A stretch of 64,000 bases of DNA from Eledone cirrhosa (taxonomy: Eukaryota), in NCBI GenBank assembly GCA_964016885.1, contig OZ024741.1:211978001-212042000 (forward strand), given 5' to 3'. Under the pieces are notes generated by a model, which saw nothing but the letters and a program-made list of their open reading frames with translations, ran no database searches and had not been told where the DNA came from. The translations under genes and the position numbers were made by a program. Each line of letters opens with the position of its first letter. The first letter of the stretch is position 1. Shown here piece by piece: positions 26,746-41,172 of this stretch.

Positions 26746-27258
26746 ACAAACGCGCGCACATACCTATATGTATAAATATGATGTATATGTATATATATAC
26801 ATATATATAAATATATATATATACTATCTATATATATGTATATATATGTATATATGTGAGTATATAAATATATGCATATATATGTTTATATCTATGTTAT
26901 ATATGCATATATATATGTTATAATATGTATATATATATGTATAAATATATGTATATATAATATGTATATATGTATATATATATGTATATATAATATGTAT
27001 ATATGTGAGTATATAAATATATGCATATATATGTTTATATCTATGTTATATATGTATATATATATGTTATAATATGTATATATATATGTATAAATAATAT
27101 GTATATATAATATGTATATATATATGTATAAATATGATGTATATGTATATATATACATATATATAAATATATATATATATACATATCTATATATATGTAT
27201 ATATATGTATATATGTGAGTACATAAATATATGCATATATATGTTTATATCTATGTTA

Positions 27259-27297
<39 letters not shown>

Positions 27298-27369
27298 ATA
27301 TGTTGTAAAATCCAAAGAGGGCTCGATAAGGATAAATATATATCAAATATATAAGAACCCTAGAGCAAA

Positions 27370-27472
27370 TATTTATTAAAATAACAGATTAAAGTTTAAG
27401 CAAAGAATCGCTGCTTTAACCCTTAACGGTGAAAGCAGCGATTCTTTGCTTAAACTTTAATCTGTTATTTTA

Positions 27473-27480
<8 letters not shown>
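27370..27480. repeat. ~50-bp-arm palindrome built from the 3' half of the Helitron-borne HHR segment
   Basis: tatttattaaaataacagattaaagtttaagcaaagaatcgctgcttt followed by its reverse complement, centred on the stem II loop. Confidence 0.9.
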
Positions 27481-27526
<46 letters not shown>

Positions 27527-27779
27527 GTTTTACATCTTAATTCTCCAATGAGAATGTTTGTCTATTTCAATATATTAGAAGTATCGTCGTTAGGTCTCTT
27601 AACTGCACATCCATTACGATGGTCGATGACCGCTAAGATTTTACTTTTTAGTTATTACCACTATTATATTATCACCCACGACTCACGGTCATCCATTTTA
27701 TTGGTAAGTTATATACATATACATATATATATATTTATATACACACATAAATGTATACATATAAATACAAATATATATA

Positions 27780-28610
27780 TCCCGCTCTACTGCTATCTCT
27801 TCATCCTGCTCTACTGCTATCTCTTCACCCTGCCTTGAACCTCTGATCACTTCCTGTTGCGCGCGCACCCCACTTCCCTCCACTTCCGACCACCACCAAC
27901 ATTGTATTCTACACCATCGGTCATCTCTCCAACCATCCACTCCATAACATGAAAAGTATCCAGCAACTCTTCACACATCCGACGGAACTACCTCAGGAAC
28001 TTACCCACGAACATACACTCACATTTTTTTTCGCACGACACCACCCACATCCACACCACATATAAACACAAACACACACGTGAGAACCCCCACATATACA
28101 CACTCAACCTCTGGAATCCATACGCCACCTTCCCCACCTCCTGACCCCTCTCCTTCCACCCGCACGCACACACCGACTTACACCCCAACCCACGCACACA
28201 CATTTTCCTGAAAATGGAATCTCGTTCTTCTTCAAACTCTCACATACTCACGCACGCACACTCACGTACACCTACACTCATACACAAACACCACCTTCAG
28301 TCTTCCCCGCTTCGACCCCCTCCCTATCCCACCCGCCACCACCCTTACACGCCTCACACCCTTCCACCACTTGTTCATCTTATTGTTTATTCTTATGTTT
28401 ATTTTTACGTTTATTTTTATTTGTTCTCCTTCCCCCTTTTTTCTAAATGTACTTCCACACCCCCCCCTGAACTCTCTTCCTAAGCTATTTACTCCTGAAG
28501 ATGGGGTTATGCCCGAAACGCCCCCCCCCCCCGCTGTCAAAAGCGTGAACCTAATAAACCTTTATTTGTCTGCCTCTCTGTTTTGTTCTCGTATAAATTT
28601 GCACTATATA
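27780..28610 (+). mobile_element. Penelope-like 3' end/pLTR fragment with an HHR core at 28495-28520
   Basis: CTGAAGA-tgggg(ttat)gccc-GAAA-cg then AATAAA. Homologous to 58280-59565 (shared cacttcctgttgcgcgcgcacccca and 3' terminus). Confidence 0.7.
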
Positions 28611-28711
28611 TATATATATATATAACGAAGGAAATGTGGTAAGGAACCAGGTGGACCATAACGCACCAAAGTACTCAATACTTAGGGTAGTAGAGTGGTT
28701 AATAGGAACGA

Positions 28712-28812
28712 GTAGGAGCCCGACGGCTGAGCTCAAGCCGTTTCGACGGCAATTTCTGTCCAGAAATAGCCACCGAAACGGCTTCAGTTCTGCCGTTGGG
28801 TTTAAACATTTT
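28712..28812. repeat. Fold-back sequence; 28712-28757 is also inverted to 30047-30101
   Basis: cccgacggctgagctcaagccgtttcg...cgaaacggcttcagttctgccgttggg. Confidence 0.8.
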
Positions 28813-28844
<32 letters not shown>

Positions 28845-28848
<4 letters not shown>

Positions 28849-29780
28849 CACTGGATGTTTTCGTGAAATAGTCTTTTCAAGACTATACAGAGCATTTGAA
28901 GTTGTCCCAAATTGAAGGATGAGTACTTTTGACTTTGTTTTATCAAGAGTTAAGGCTCTATTGATTTTTCCCTGGATTTCTCTAAATTCTGTTGGATAAA
29001 TCTATATCCTGATTCTTTTTGAATTGAGTTTGAATTATTTTTCCCATATCTTATGTTAACTATTTTCCCATTTTGACGCTATAGTCACTTATATATTATG
29101 GAATACTGTTAGCTTCTCGCTACAACAATTTCTATACTTTTCATTTATATATACTCGGATTTATTCCCTAGAGTGGTTAAATTATTTTTGACTAATCCCG
29201 GTATTTAAAAAAAAAAGACCGCAATATCATTGCTTTTTGCTGAACTCCTTATTGTAGAGTTTTTTTCGGAATGTTTTTGACTGTTGTTTCATGTAAACAA
29301 ACATTCGTCTCATTCTGACGTCACCAGCCCTGTATTTCCACATGTGCGTTTTATTTTCATGATCACGCATGATGTTAAACTAGCCTGCTTTTAAATTCCC
29401 TTTTTGGTATATTAATCAGTGAGACCTTGGTTACCATGTTGAGCTCTGCTGATGAACGGAATCCAACCGTGACAATCCCCACTGAAAGTTTTCGTGAAAT
29501 AGTCTTTTCAAGACTATACAGAGCATTTGACGTTGTCCCAAATTGAAGGATGAGTACTTTAGACTTTGTTTTATCATGAGTTAAGGCTCTATTGATTTTC
29601 CCTGGATTTCTCTAAATTCTGTTGGATAAATCTATATCCTGATTCATTTTGAATTGAGCTTGAATTATTTTTCCCATATCTTATGTTAACTATTTTCCCA
29701 TTTTGACGCTATAATCACTTATATATTAAGGAATACTGTTAGACTCTCGCTACAACCATTTTTATACTTTTCATTTATAC
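28845..29780 (+). mobile_element. Retrozyme-like partial tandem (631-bp period) in (TA)n
   Basis: ~300-bp direct repeats at 28845-29150 and 29476-29780. The HHR GAAA lies at 28865 and 29496. Confidence 0.85.
29443..29524 (+). ncRNA. Canonical type-I hammerhead ribozyme
   Basis: gctctg-CTGATGA-acggaa...ttttcgt-GAAA-tagtctt(ttc)aagacta-TA-cagagc. Confidence 0.9.
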
Positions 29781-30096
29781 ATATATATATATATATATAT
29801 AGGAGGAGGTTATAGTTCACTTGAAGCATTATGTAATGAGGTATAAACGTTTGTATATGTATAATAAAGCCAAAACAATGCAGGTATGGACATAGAATAA
29901 AGAATGCAAATGCAAAATATATTGTGGACAATTAGTCTTTTACCTTAGATTTATTTAAATGTCCTTAATTTTCGAGATAATATCTCTTCTTCGGAGGGAA
30001 GTAAAGCGGTTAAACCAGTGTTCTAAATAGCTGGCAAGCTAGTCCAGAATTAGCCGTCGAAACGGCTTGAGCTCAGCCGTCGGGGTCCTACTCGTA

Positions 30097-30135
<39 letters not shown>

Positions 30136-30435
30136 CTACATGTATGATGTTACTCCATCAGTTCCGACGACGTGTGTTCCAATTGATCCGACAAACGAAA
30201 CAGTATAACAGTATACTACAGTATACGATAGACACGCGTACTCAGGGAGATTCAGCGAGAGACCATAGCTGAGAAAGTTAGACCTTCAAATTACAGGTAC
30301 AACTTATGTTTGTCATCTGAGTTGACTGGAGGAATGTAAAATAACGTGTCGCCGGTAATCGAACCCACTACCTTACCTTTGTGAGCCGAAAGACATACCT
30401 TAACCACAAAGCCACCGTTACATGCATACATACAT

Positions 30436-31265
<830 letters not shown>

Positions 31266-31404
31266 TATATACATATATATATATGTGTGTGCATATGTTT
31301 GTATACATATCAATGTATCTATCTATATACATAATATATATATATGTATGTATATATAGATATCTATATACATATCTATATACATCTCTTTCTCTCTCTC
31401 TCTC

Positions 31405-31435
<31 letters not shown>

Positions 31436-31810
31436 GTAATGTGTGTGTGTATGTATGTGTATGTGGGTGTCAGTGTATTCTTATTACACAAAATCTATTA
31501 TTGTGTACCTATTAAAATCACATGATAGATTCCTGTATTTTTCTAATTTTTTTCCCATCATACATTTATTTATTACCAATATTATGATGAAGACTTCCTA
31601 CTAACATTTTCGATTTGAACCGTTATGTCAATTCATTGTGGAGTTATTAAAATATTAATCGATGCAAATGAACGCTATTATTTCCGAATTCATCTATTCA
31701 GCATATATACTAAGAAAAATAATACATTAAATTATAAAAATAACATTTAAATTATGTAAAAATATACTGAGGCGCAAGTATTGTGGCATGGTTAAGGAGT
31801 TCCCTTTCCA

Positions 31811-32320
31811 GCGGCAACCTGGTGCAGTCTGCAACTAACCCAAGCTCTGCTGCATTTCAGGCCGAGGAGGGTAAACGCTCCAAATATTGGTCGATCTCCT
31901 ACAGGTTTGTGGCCGAGCCCAAAGCAGTGTCAACTTCTGGTGTCCTTGGCCCTAGCGCCAAATCCCTGCTCACTACAATCGCTACAGTTTTGGCTACCCG
32001 CAGGTGTGAACTTCGCGAGCTGGAATGGCTCTTCTAGCGTGTCTCACCATCTTCCGGGGAAACGCCTTCCCTATTCGGTCCACCGGGACCGCGTGCTGGC
32101 CAACACTTAGAACCCCATTTGTTCATAATAGTGAGAAATAAGGAGAGCGGGATAGACGGAGGCCGTGAAAGTGGGAGTTTGGTTCCTTTGTGTTCGGACT
32201 CGGTATATATGTATATATTTCACAGACACACACTCACACTAACACTGAAGTTATTAATCTCAACCACTGTCTTTATTAAATCTCTCCAAATTTTTTGTTA
32301 ATTTTCAAAATTAATTGAAA
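31811..32320 (+). mobile_element. CRE-clade non-LTR 3' fragment nested in a tRNA-SINE
   Basis: AEEGKRSKY...AVSTSGVLGP...LATRRCELRELEWLF matches an RLE C-terminus. SINE head at about 31770-31810 and continuation at about 32320-32395. Confidence 0.75.
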
Positions 32321-32779
32321 ATCATATGGCTTAGAGTTCAGTCGCACTGCTTGGCATATTTCGACAAGAGTCTTTTACTAGAAGCTCCTGTTAACCAACA
32401 ACATTAATTTTGTCTATATTTTGCACAAATCCAGCAATTTGAAAGGAAGGAGAATGTCTATTGTCATATTTGCCGGTCACGAAGAAAAATAACATAAAAA
32501 ATCTTCCCTTCATCTAATACGTCCGTATCACCAATGGGAGGCCTAAAGGAGGATGAGGAAAAGCATGGTTAAACAAGAATTACTTTTTATTACTATTAGT
32601 ATTACTAATACAGATATGCAATGCAATTTATATAAACAAATTGATGAAGAAAAAACAATGACACAATTGAAAATAAATTCATGAAGAAATATTCCAAAAT
32701 TATTTTTCTCAAAATGTCCTTATAAATGTCCTTATAAATCCTTATAAATCCAGGAGACGACTTATATGAAGGGGTGGTC

Positions 32780-33612
32780 AACAGGCCAGAAAATTCGGTA
32801 AATCGACCCCACTGTGTTACTGGTGTTTTAATTTATCGACCTTGAACGAATGAAAGGCCAAGCTGACCAGAGAGCATTTGAATTCAGAACTCAATGGGCT
32901 GTAACTAAATACCTCAAATCAGTCTGTCCAACGCTCTAGCGATTCTGACAAACCACAAGCTGAATACGGATTTCTGATTTAGGCCCAAGGCCAAAGATTT
33001 GGAGGGAGAGGAAAGTCGATTAAACCGACCCCGGTTTGTTAATGGTACTATATTTTCTCGACCCTGTAAGGATGAAAAGCTAAGCTAACCTCGGCTAGAT
33101 TTGAACTCAGAACGTGAAAGGTGGTAAATATATGTGGCAAAAGACGTTTTTCGAAGGTCTACCGATACTGCCAATCCACTGGCTTGTTAAGAAGAAGACT
33201 AATAAGATGAAGAAGAAGAATAACGATGGTTTCTGATTTAGTCAGAAAGTCAATTATTTTGGGAGAGAGGAAAGTCGATTAAATCGATACCAATGCGTTA
33301 TTGGTACTTTATTTTATTGACTCCCACACCAGGAATGGCAAAGCTGAACTCGGCTAGATTTGAATTCTGAGAGCTGAGAGCCGATACAAATGCCACAAAT
33401 CAGTCTGTCCGAAGTTCTAACAGATCTTTCAATTCAGCACCCTCATCTCTTACAGATATTGGTTTCGAATCCAGACACAGGGCCAGCAAATATTTAGGGG
33501 ACAGATATCTAATCTTGTACTTGATAGAGAAAGTAACGACCCCAGTATTAAACTGGTGCTAGAGTTTATAGGATGAAAATCAATGTTAACTTCAGTAGGT
33601 TTTGAACTCACA
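32780..33612 (-). mobile_element. Tandem array of 4 diverged family-A SINEs
   Basis: ggatgaaa...agatttgaactcag variants near 32850, 33070, 33335 and 33570. Confidence 0.8.
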
Positions 33613-33889
33613 ATAAAAACAACCCAACAACTTTATGTATACCAACCAGTACTACAACATTACAACTGCATTAAATACACCCCAACAGCAACAACAATAA
33701 CTCAGCATTACCTACATTCTCAAAACATTAACTACCCACCCCACCACCACCGCCACCGCAAAACAACATGAATTAAACAACAGCAACAGCAACACTATCA
33801 AAACTATACCAATACAATAAAAATAACTCATAATTACTTACGTCATAGCAACATTAATTACGTCACGACCATTTCAACATACAGCACAT

Positions 33890-36045
33890 ACATAACACCA
33901 TCACCAGCACCACAACAACACCACAGTATTAACTAAACCTGGGCCACAACGACACACGTGCATTAAGTACGCTACCTCCACCACAGTACAATAATATTAA
34001 CTATACCACCACCACCACTACCTATACCACAATACCAGCAATATTAGTTTCACGACATCATCACCATAACCACACTTAATTATGCCGGCAGCAGTAGCAC
34101 CACAGCATTAACTACATCACCTCCTCGACAACACAACTACCACAACAACACCACGAAAACCACCACCACCACCACCACCACCATCAAAACAACAAACCCA
34201 CCATTAGTTCTGCCACCCAATAACAACATAACATAAACTATATCACTACCACAACAATGACAATAACCACCACCATCACAACACCAACGAAACACCTTAA
34301 ACTACGCCACCCCCAAGACCACTATATCATCACTACCACCACCACCACTGCAAGCACCACCACTACTATCACCACAACTACCATCATCACCACTACCATC
34401 ACCACCACTACCACCACCATCACAACACCAACGAAACACCTTAAACTACGCCACCCCAAGACCACTATATCATCACTACCACCACCACCACTGCAAGTAC
34501 CACCACTACTATCACCACAACTACCATCATCACCACTACCATCACCACCACTACCACCACCATCACAGCACCAACGAAACACCTTAAACTACGCCACCCC
34601 CAAGACCACTATATCATCACTACCACCACCACCACCACCACCACCACTTGAAGCACCACCACTACTATCACCACAACTACCATCATCACCACTACCATCA
34701 TCACCACTGCCATAACCACTACCATCACCACCACTACCACCACCATCACAACACCAACGAAACACCTTAAACTACGCCACCCCAAGACCACTATATCACC
34801 ACTACCACCACCTCCACTGCAAGCACCACCACTACTATCACCACAACTACCATCATCACCACTACCATAACCGCTACCATCACCACCACTACCACCACCA
34901 TCACAACACCAACGAAACACCTTAATCTACGCCACCCCAAGACCACTATATCACCACTGCCACCACCACCACTGCAAGCACCACCACTACTATCACCACA
35001 ACTACCATCATCACCACTACCATAACCGCTACCATCACCACCACTACCACCACCATCACAACACCAACGAAACACCTTAAACTACGCCACCCTCAAGACC
35101 ACAATAACATCACTACCACAACCACCACCACTGCAATCGTCACTACTACTATCCCCAACACTACCATCATCACCACTACCATCACCACCACTACTATCAC
35201 GACCACCACTGCAATCACCCCACTATCATCACCACCTCTACTACCATCACCACAACTACCATCATCACCACCACCATCACCAACACTGCCATTACCATTA
35301 CCATCACCACCTCAAATGCCATCACCACCACTACCATTACCACTACCACCACCACTACCACCACCACTACAATCACCACTATCACCACCTCTACTATCAT
35401 CACCACTACCACCACCTCCACAACTACCACCATCACCAACTCCACTACTACCATCACCACCACTACCATCACCACCACTATCACCACTACCATAACCACC
35501 TCCACCACCACTACCATAACCATCATCAACACCACTACTATCACCAACACCACTACCATCACCACCACCATCACTACTACCAAAACCACCACCACTACCT
35601 TCACCACCACCACTACCATCACCACCATCACTACCACTACCATCGCCACCACTATCACCACTACCCCCCCCCCCCCACACTACCATCACCACCACCACCA
35701 CTACCATCATACCATCACCACCACCACCACCACAACTACCAACACCACCACCACCACTACCATCATCACCACCACTACCATCACCACCATCACCACCACA
35801 ACTACCATCACCACCTCCACCACCACTACCATCACCACATCCACTACCATCACCACCACTACTATCACCACCACCACTACTATCACCACTACCATCACCA
35901 CCACTACCATCATCACCATCACCACCACTACCATCACCACCACCACTACTATCACCACCACCACTACTATCACCACTACCATCACCACCACCACCACTAC
36001 CATCACCACGACCATCACCGCTACCATAACCACCACCATCATCGC
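33890..36045. repeat. (ACC/ATC/ACT)n tract with a ~120-140-bp minisatellite at 34270-35130
   Basis: caccaacgaaacaccttaaactacgccacccc-aagaccac repeated about 6 times. Confidence 0.92.
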
Positions 36046-36249
36046 AGAAGCTTTTATTTTAAAACTTGACGTCACAATAGAGAAATACAAAATGTTGTAA
36101 CGATAGAAATATCAGGAATCGGATTTTACCGGAAGTTGTTGTAGTCGTTTATTTATTCTGTTATATTTTACTGGTTTCCGGTTATCGAACTGCGGCAATG
36201 CGGGGGCAACGGCTTTCATGTGTTTTAATCAATTATATTGAACAATAAA

Positions 36250-36622
36250 TAATTGTTTCTACATTTGCAACAAGGCCAGTAGTAACCCAGTGTATTACTG
36301 GTACTTTATTTCATCGACCCCGTAAGTATGAAAGGCAAAGTTAACCTCGGCGGGATTTGAACTCAGAATGGCAAGGGCCGTAACTCTATGCGTCAAAACA
36401 TGGTGTCCGACCCTCTATCGAACAATGAATAATTGTTACTATTTTGGGTACAATGCCAGCAATTATCCAGTACATTACTAGTGCTTTTATTCTATCGACC
36501 TCGTAAGGATGAAAGGCAACATTAACCTCGGCGTGATTTGAACTCAGATCATAAAGGGCCGTAACACTTTACTGCAAAGCATAGTGTCCGAATCTCTACC
36601 GATACTGTCAATTGACCGCCCT
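36250..36622 (-). mobile_element. Two tandem family-A SINEs; further copies at about 37200-37358 and 38250-38450
   Basis: atcgaccccgtaagtatgaaaggcaaagttaacctcggcgggatttgaactcag and variants. Confidence 0.85.
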
Positions 36623-36995
36623 ATTGCTATTGAGATATCAAATTGAGCGAAATAGTTAACAAGAGTAATGTACAGTCTATATATTCTGGTAAACCAAAGG
36701 ACGTATAAGGAAGGGCGGAAGGAGATACCACACGGTACTTTTGTACAACGAACTAACTCTTCGATTCAGCGTAGATATATACTCAGGGCCGGATTTAATG
36801 GAGGACAAATCACCACCATCCATCCCAATCATCACCCTCTTCTACCACAAGAAAAGATATAAATACCACCATATTACTTGGACAGTCGCTTCCTGATGAT
36901 TTCTCCCGAATGAAACTGTTCTAGTCCTGTAGAAGCCTTTTCTATATTAAATATTTATAAATAGGTGTTTCCTTTGTCCAGGTTATTACTCACAT

Positions 36996-37031
<36 letters not shown>

Positions 37032-37377
37032 CATACTCTGAAGCCATAATCGAAGACAACCTGTCGCACATACCAATATATATATACTAAACAAAACATA
37101 CCGAACTGCCAACAAACCAACAACTACATCGATCTGAACACAACTGATTTCTTCCAGAGAAAGATAGAAAGAGACAGAGGAAATGAGAAAACATTGAAGA
37201 AGAATCGACTCCAGTACTAGACTGGTATTTTTTTATCGACCTCGAAATGATGAAAGGCAAAGTTGACCTTAGTGGGATTTGAACTGAGGGAGCAGAGAGC
37301 CGGAACGATTACTCCAAAGCATTCTATCAGACGGTCTAACGAATCTGCTGAATCGCCTTCTATGTTATTGTTTAGGA

Positions 37378-38188
37378 GTGGTAAAGAGGCAACATCTTTA
37401 AAGTGTTGGACGAGTTGCCTGGTTGTACCTGGTTGAGCTTAGTGGGTGGTGAAGAGGCAACATCTTTAAAATGTCGGACGAGTTGCTTTGTTGTACCTGG
37501 TTGAGCTTAGTGGGTGGTGAAGAGGCAACATCTTCAAAGTGTCGGACGAGTTGCTTTGTTGTACCTGGTTGAGCTTAATAGGTGGTAAAGAGGCAACATC
37601 TTCAAAGTGTCGGACGAGTTGCTTTGTTGTACCTGGTTGAGCTTAGTGGGTGGTGAAGAGGCAACATCTTTAAAATGTCGGACGAGTTGCTTGGTTGAAT
37701 CTGGTTGAGCTTAATAGGTGGTGAAGAGGCAACGTCTTTAAAATGGTGGACGAGTTGCCTGGTTGTACCTGGTTGAGCTTAGTGGGTGGTGAAGAGGCAA
37801 CATCTTCAAAGTGTCGGACGAGTTGCTTTGTTGTACCTGGTTGAGCTTAGTGGGTGGTGAAGAGGCAACATCTTTAAAATGTCGGACGAGTTGCTTGGTT
37901 GCATCTGGTTGAGCTTAATAGGTGGTGAAGAGGCAACGTCTTTAAAATGTTGGACGAGTTGCCTGGTTGTATCTGGTTGAGCTTAGTGGGTGGTGAAGAG
38001 GCAACATCTTTAAAATGTCGGACGAGTTGCTTGGTTGCATCTGGTTGAGCTTAGTGGGTGGTGAAGAGGCAACATCTTTAAAATGTCGGACGAGTTGCTT
38101 TGTTGTACCTGGTTGAGCTTACTGGGTGGTGAAGAGGCAACATCTTCAAAGTGTCGACGAGTTGCTTTGTTGTACCTGGTTGAGCTTA
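37378..38188 (+). repeat. 68-bp minisatellite, 12 copies
   Basis: gtggtgaagaggcaacatctttaaaatgtcggacgagttgctttgttgtacctggttgagcttagtgg, contiguous with no spacers. Confidence 0.97.
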
Positions 38189-39679
38189 TTCTGTTCTAAG
38201 TTCAAACCTCCCCCTGCCAGCCAGGAGTTGTGAAAGGTAGATCATATTAGTAATGGTTTCTTATATAGGCATATGGTCAGCAATTTTGGGGGAGGGGAAA
38301 GTCGATTAAATTGATCCCAGTGCGGGACTAGTACTTCATTTTATCGACCCCGTACGGATGAAAAGTAAAGTTAACCTCGGTGGGATTTGAAATCAGATCA
38401 TAAAGAGCCGTAACTCTATGCTACAATGCATGGTCTCAGACCGTCCCACCCTAATGGAAAGACAAATGGAAACATAATTTCCTTCACACGATCTAACAAT
38501 AGGTAAAATGTCCTATTACATACAAGTCATATATACACTATATTTATACACATTTTATATTGTTATGCTTAAGGAATCGATTGACAGAATCCCATTCGCT
38601 TCCAGAGTGGGTTGAAACTCGTCAGATAAAACCAAAGAAACAATGCTTTCATTGGTTTTATCTATCAATTGCTGATACTATCTACCAGTCACAACGCTTG
38701 GCAGAATTATAGATACAGGTTTTGTAAAATGATTATCTATATTTGTTATATATATGGGTTATGTGTTATATATGAATTATATACACGTGTATGATACATA
38801 CATTTTTATGTCTACATGTATTATATAGGAATTCGAACCGTAGATTACATCAACATACACTAATACACGTTGACATATCGTTGATTGAACTTTCGCCCAG
38901 ATAATTGTATCTGCCTGAAATATAAGCATGAGCGTTAGATGATATCTTTAAGATAATGTCATTACAACACGCTCTTTAAATGCTCGCAATCGACTGAATA
39001 GCAAAATTGACTCGTTTCTAACGTGTCATTTATAATCCATCTGATTTCCACTCAAGTAATATTGATTGTATGTGTGCCGTATGTAGCGTAGAAGGAGCTC
39101 TAGTATTTCACGAGATAGATAAGTTACCTTTAGAAGAGAGAGATATATAGTGTAAACTAATGAGAATGCCTAATAAGATTGCATTCAAACTTTAATAAGA
39201 AGAACACACGTTCAGAATAATTTTATCATTTCTGTCGTAGGACGGAGAAATGAAATTTAGTTTTCAATTTATCTGTTCGGTTTCTTAATTTACTTGGGAT
39301 ATTTATAGATGAAGACTAGAAAATTATTCATAATAATGAACATTTAATGAGGCAAGGTCAAGACATTTTATACAATATAATGTTATATATTTATTCAGAA
39401 GAACTTAATATTGCTTGGTATTGAGCTGTGTCTATTCGTGTTCAATATAATCTATCGTGGCAATTTGATTAAATTGGGCCATTTCCTCCGTTATTTTTAC
39501 TCATTAACTCACTATCAGATGGGAGTACACAATTAAAAACGATGAACCATAATAACAACATTCGTAATTTAACCTATCAGCTAAGACGCTGAAATACAGA
39601 AAAATCGATTTTCATCATATGTGTACTAGAGCTTCATAATTGTAGGAAAGAGGTATATGTGGTGTGGTAAATAAATATA

Positions 39680-39950
39680 TACATATATATTAGCTTTGAA
39701 CATAATGGAATCAGATTCCCACTCTCACTGCCCCCGGCTCTCTTCTTCACAAAATCTCTCCCTTTCACCATCTCTCACTATTATAAGGAAATGGGAGCCT
39801 ACGCGCTGGCCGCCCCATGGCTGTGGCGGACAGAATAGAGAAGGCGTTTCCCCGGAGGATGGTGAGGGAAACGCTTTGGAAGAGCCATTCCAGTTGGCGA
39901 GGCTCACACCTGTGGCTAACTGATTCCGTGCCGATGGTGGTTAGTAGGGA
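39680..39950 (-). mobile_element. CRE-clade non-LTR 3' fragment
   Basis: LLTTIGTESVSHRCEPRQLEWLFQSVSLTILRGNAFSIL. Confidence 0.75.
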
Positions 39951-40101
39951 AGTCGTCCTGATATATATGTGCACATATGAGCCAGTGAAGATTCGATGCG
40001 GTCGACTTGCTAAAAGTAACAGTCAAATCCCCTTCATTGTTTACACCACTCTGTAGGTATTTAAGATAAAATAGTTGTTATATATCCACACGACTTCTCA
40101 A

Positions 40102-40403
40102 CAGGGCCCGTTAAGGGTCTCGGGGCATTTGAGATTGGCGGGAATAGGGCTCATACACAAAAAAATAGAATACACAGCACACCCCCAAATTTACATATCA
40201 AAGTTAGCTTGGCACAAGAAATTGGAATTGAAAAGTTATACATACAAGTATTAAATTTAAAAAAATCTTACCATCCTAAGACTAAAAATCCCAGCAGAGG
40301 GCACAAAGAAATTGGTTACTGCCGTCGCTGGTGAGTCCCCCCACCCCCACTGTTGTGAACCCGGAGAAATTGCTTCCTTTGCCCCCCATTAAAACCGGCC
40401 CTG
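40102..40403. mobile_element. hAT-type MITE
   Basis: TIRs cagggcccg/ccggccctg and an 8-bp TSD cttctcaa/cttctcac. Confidence 0.8.
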
Positions 40404-40724
40404 CTTCTCACAGACATCAACTAGTATATATTTGATATAAATTAATCAAACCCTGTAAGTGAATTTGGGTAGACAGAGACTGTTTAGAAGCCTAATTGGT
40501 TGTACCTGTAATTCAAAGGTTATTATATACAGACTTATGCTGAATCTCCCTGAACATAAAGGTTATTTATGTTTATGAAATACTCTTGTTTTGCAGTTTA
40601 ATGGTCCAGCCTTGTTGCATACTGTTTCACTGAGGACTACACGTGTCTGGGAAAGCCTCAGGACAACTTGGACACTCACCGTGGAAAGTGATAGAAAACC
40701 ATTTCATGATTACTTAAAACAAAT

Positions 40725-41172
40725 TGTGACATAAAGTTATGGCCCTTTACGTTCTGAGTTCAAATCCCGCCGAGGTTAACTTTGCCTTTCATCCTTACGA
40801 GGTCGATAAAATAAAGCACCAGTAATGCACTGGGGTCGATTTAATCGACTTTCCCCTCCCTCAAGATTGCTCGCCTTGTGCCTAAAGTAGAAACAATTAT
40901 TACTTAAAACAGATTGTGACATAAAGTTACGGCTCTTTACGTTCTGAGATCAAATCCCACCGAGGGTAGCTTTACCTTTCATCCTTACGGGGTCGATAAA
41001 TTAAAGTTCCAGTAAAGCAGTGTTATATAGTGATACATAGTTACGGCCCCTTATGTTCTGAGTTCAAATCTCGCCGATAGTAGCTTTGTCATTCATCCTA
41101 ATGAGGTTGAATTAGGAAGACTTACCCATCCCCCCAAATTGTTGGCCTTGTGCCTAAATCAGAAACCATTAT
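40725..41172 (+). mobile_element. Three tandem 5'-truncated family-A SINE copies
   Basis: gttacggccctttacgttctgagttcaaatcccgccgagg variants at about 40736, 40926 and 41040. Confidence 0.85.

Noticed and set aside
34257-36090. Mucin-like or Gly-rich protein ORFs
   Set aside because: Trinucleotide-repeat tract with frame-disrupting unit lengths and no supported splice structure.
37378-38188. CRISPR-like array
   Set aside because: Units are contiguous with no unique spacers, there are no cas genes, and the context is eukaryotic.
38625-38664. 17-bp-arm hairpin (agataaaaccaa...ttggttttatct)
   Set aside because: Short, AT-rich and single-copy here, with no associated motif.
38860-38925. Minus-strand tttcag acceptor followed by a short peptide (QIQLSGRKFNQRYVNVY*)
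   Set aside because: Too short, with no partner exons found. It cannot be distinguished from chance without RNA-seq.
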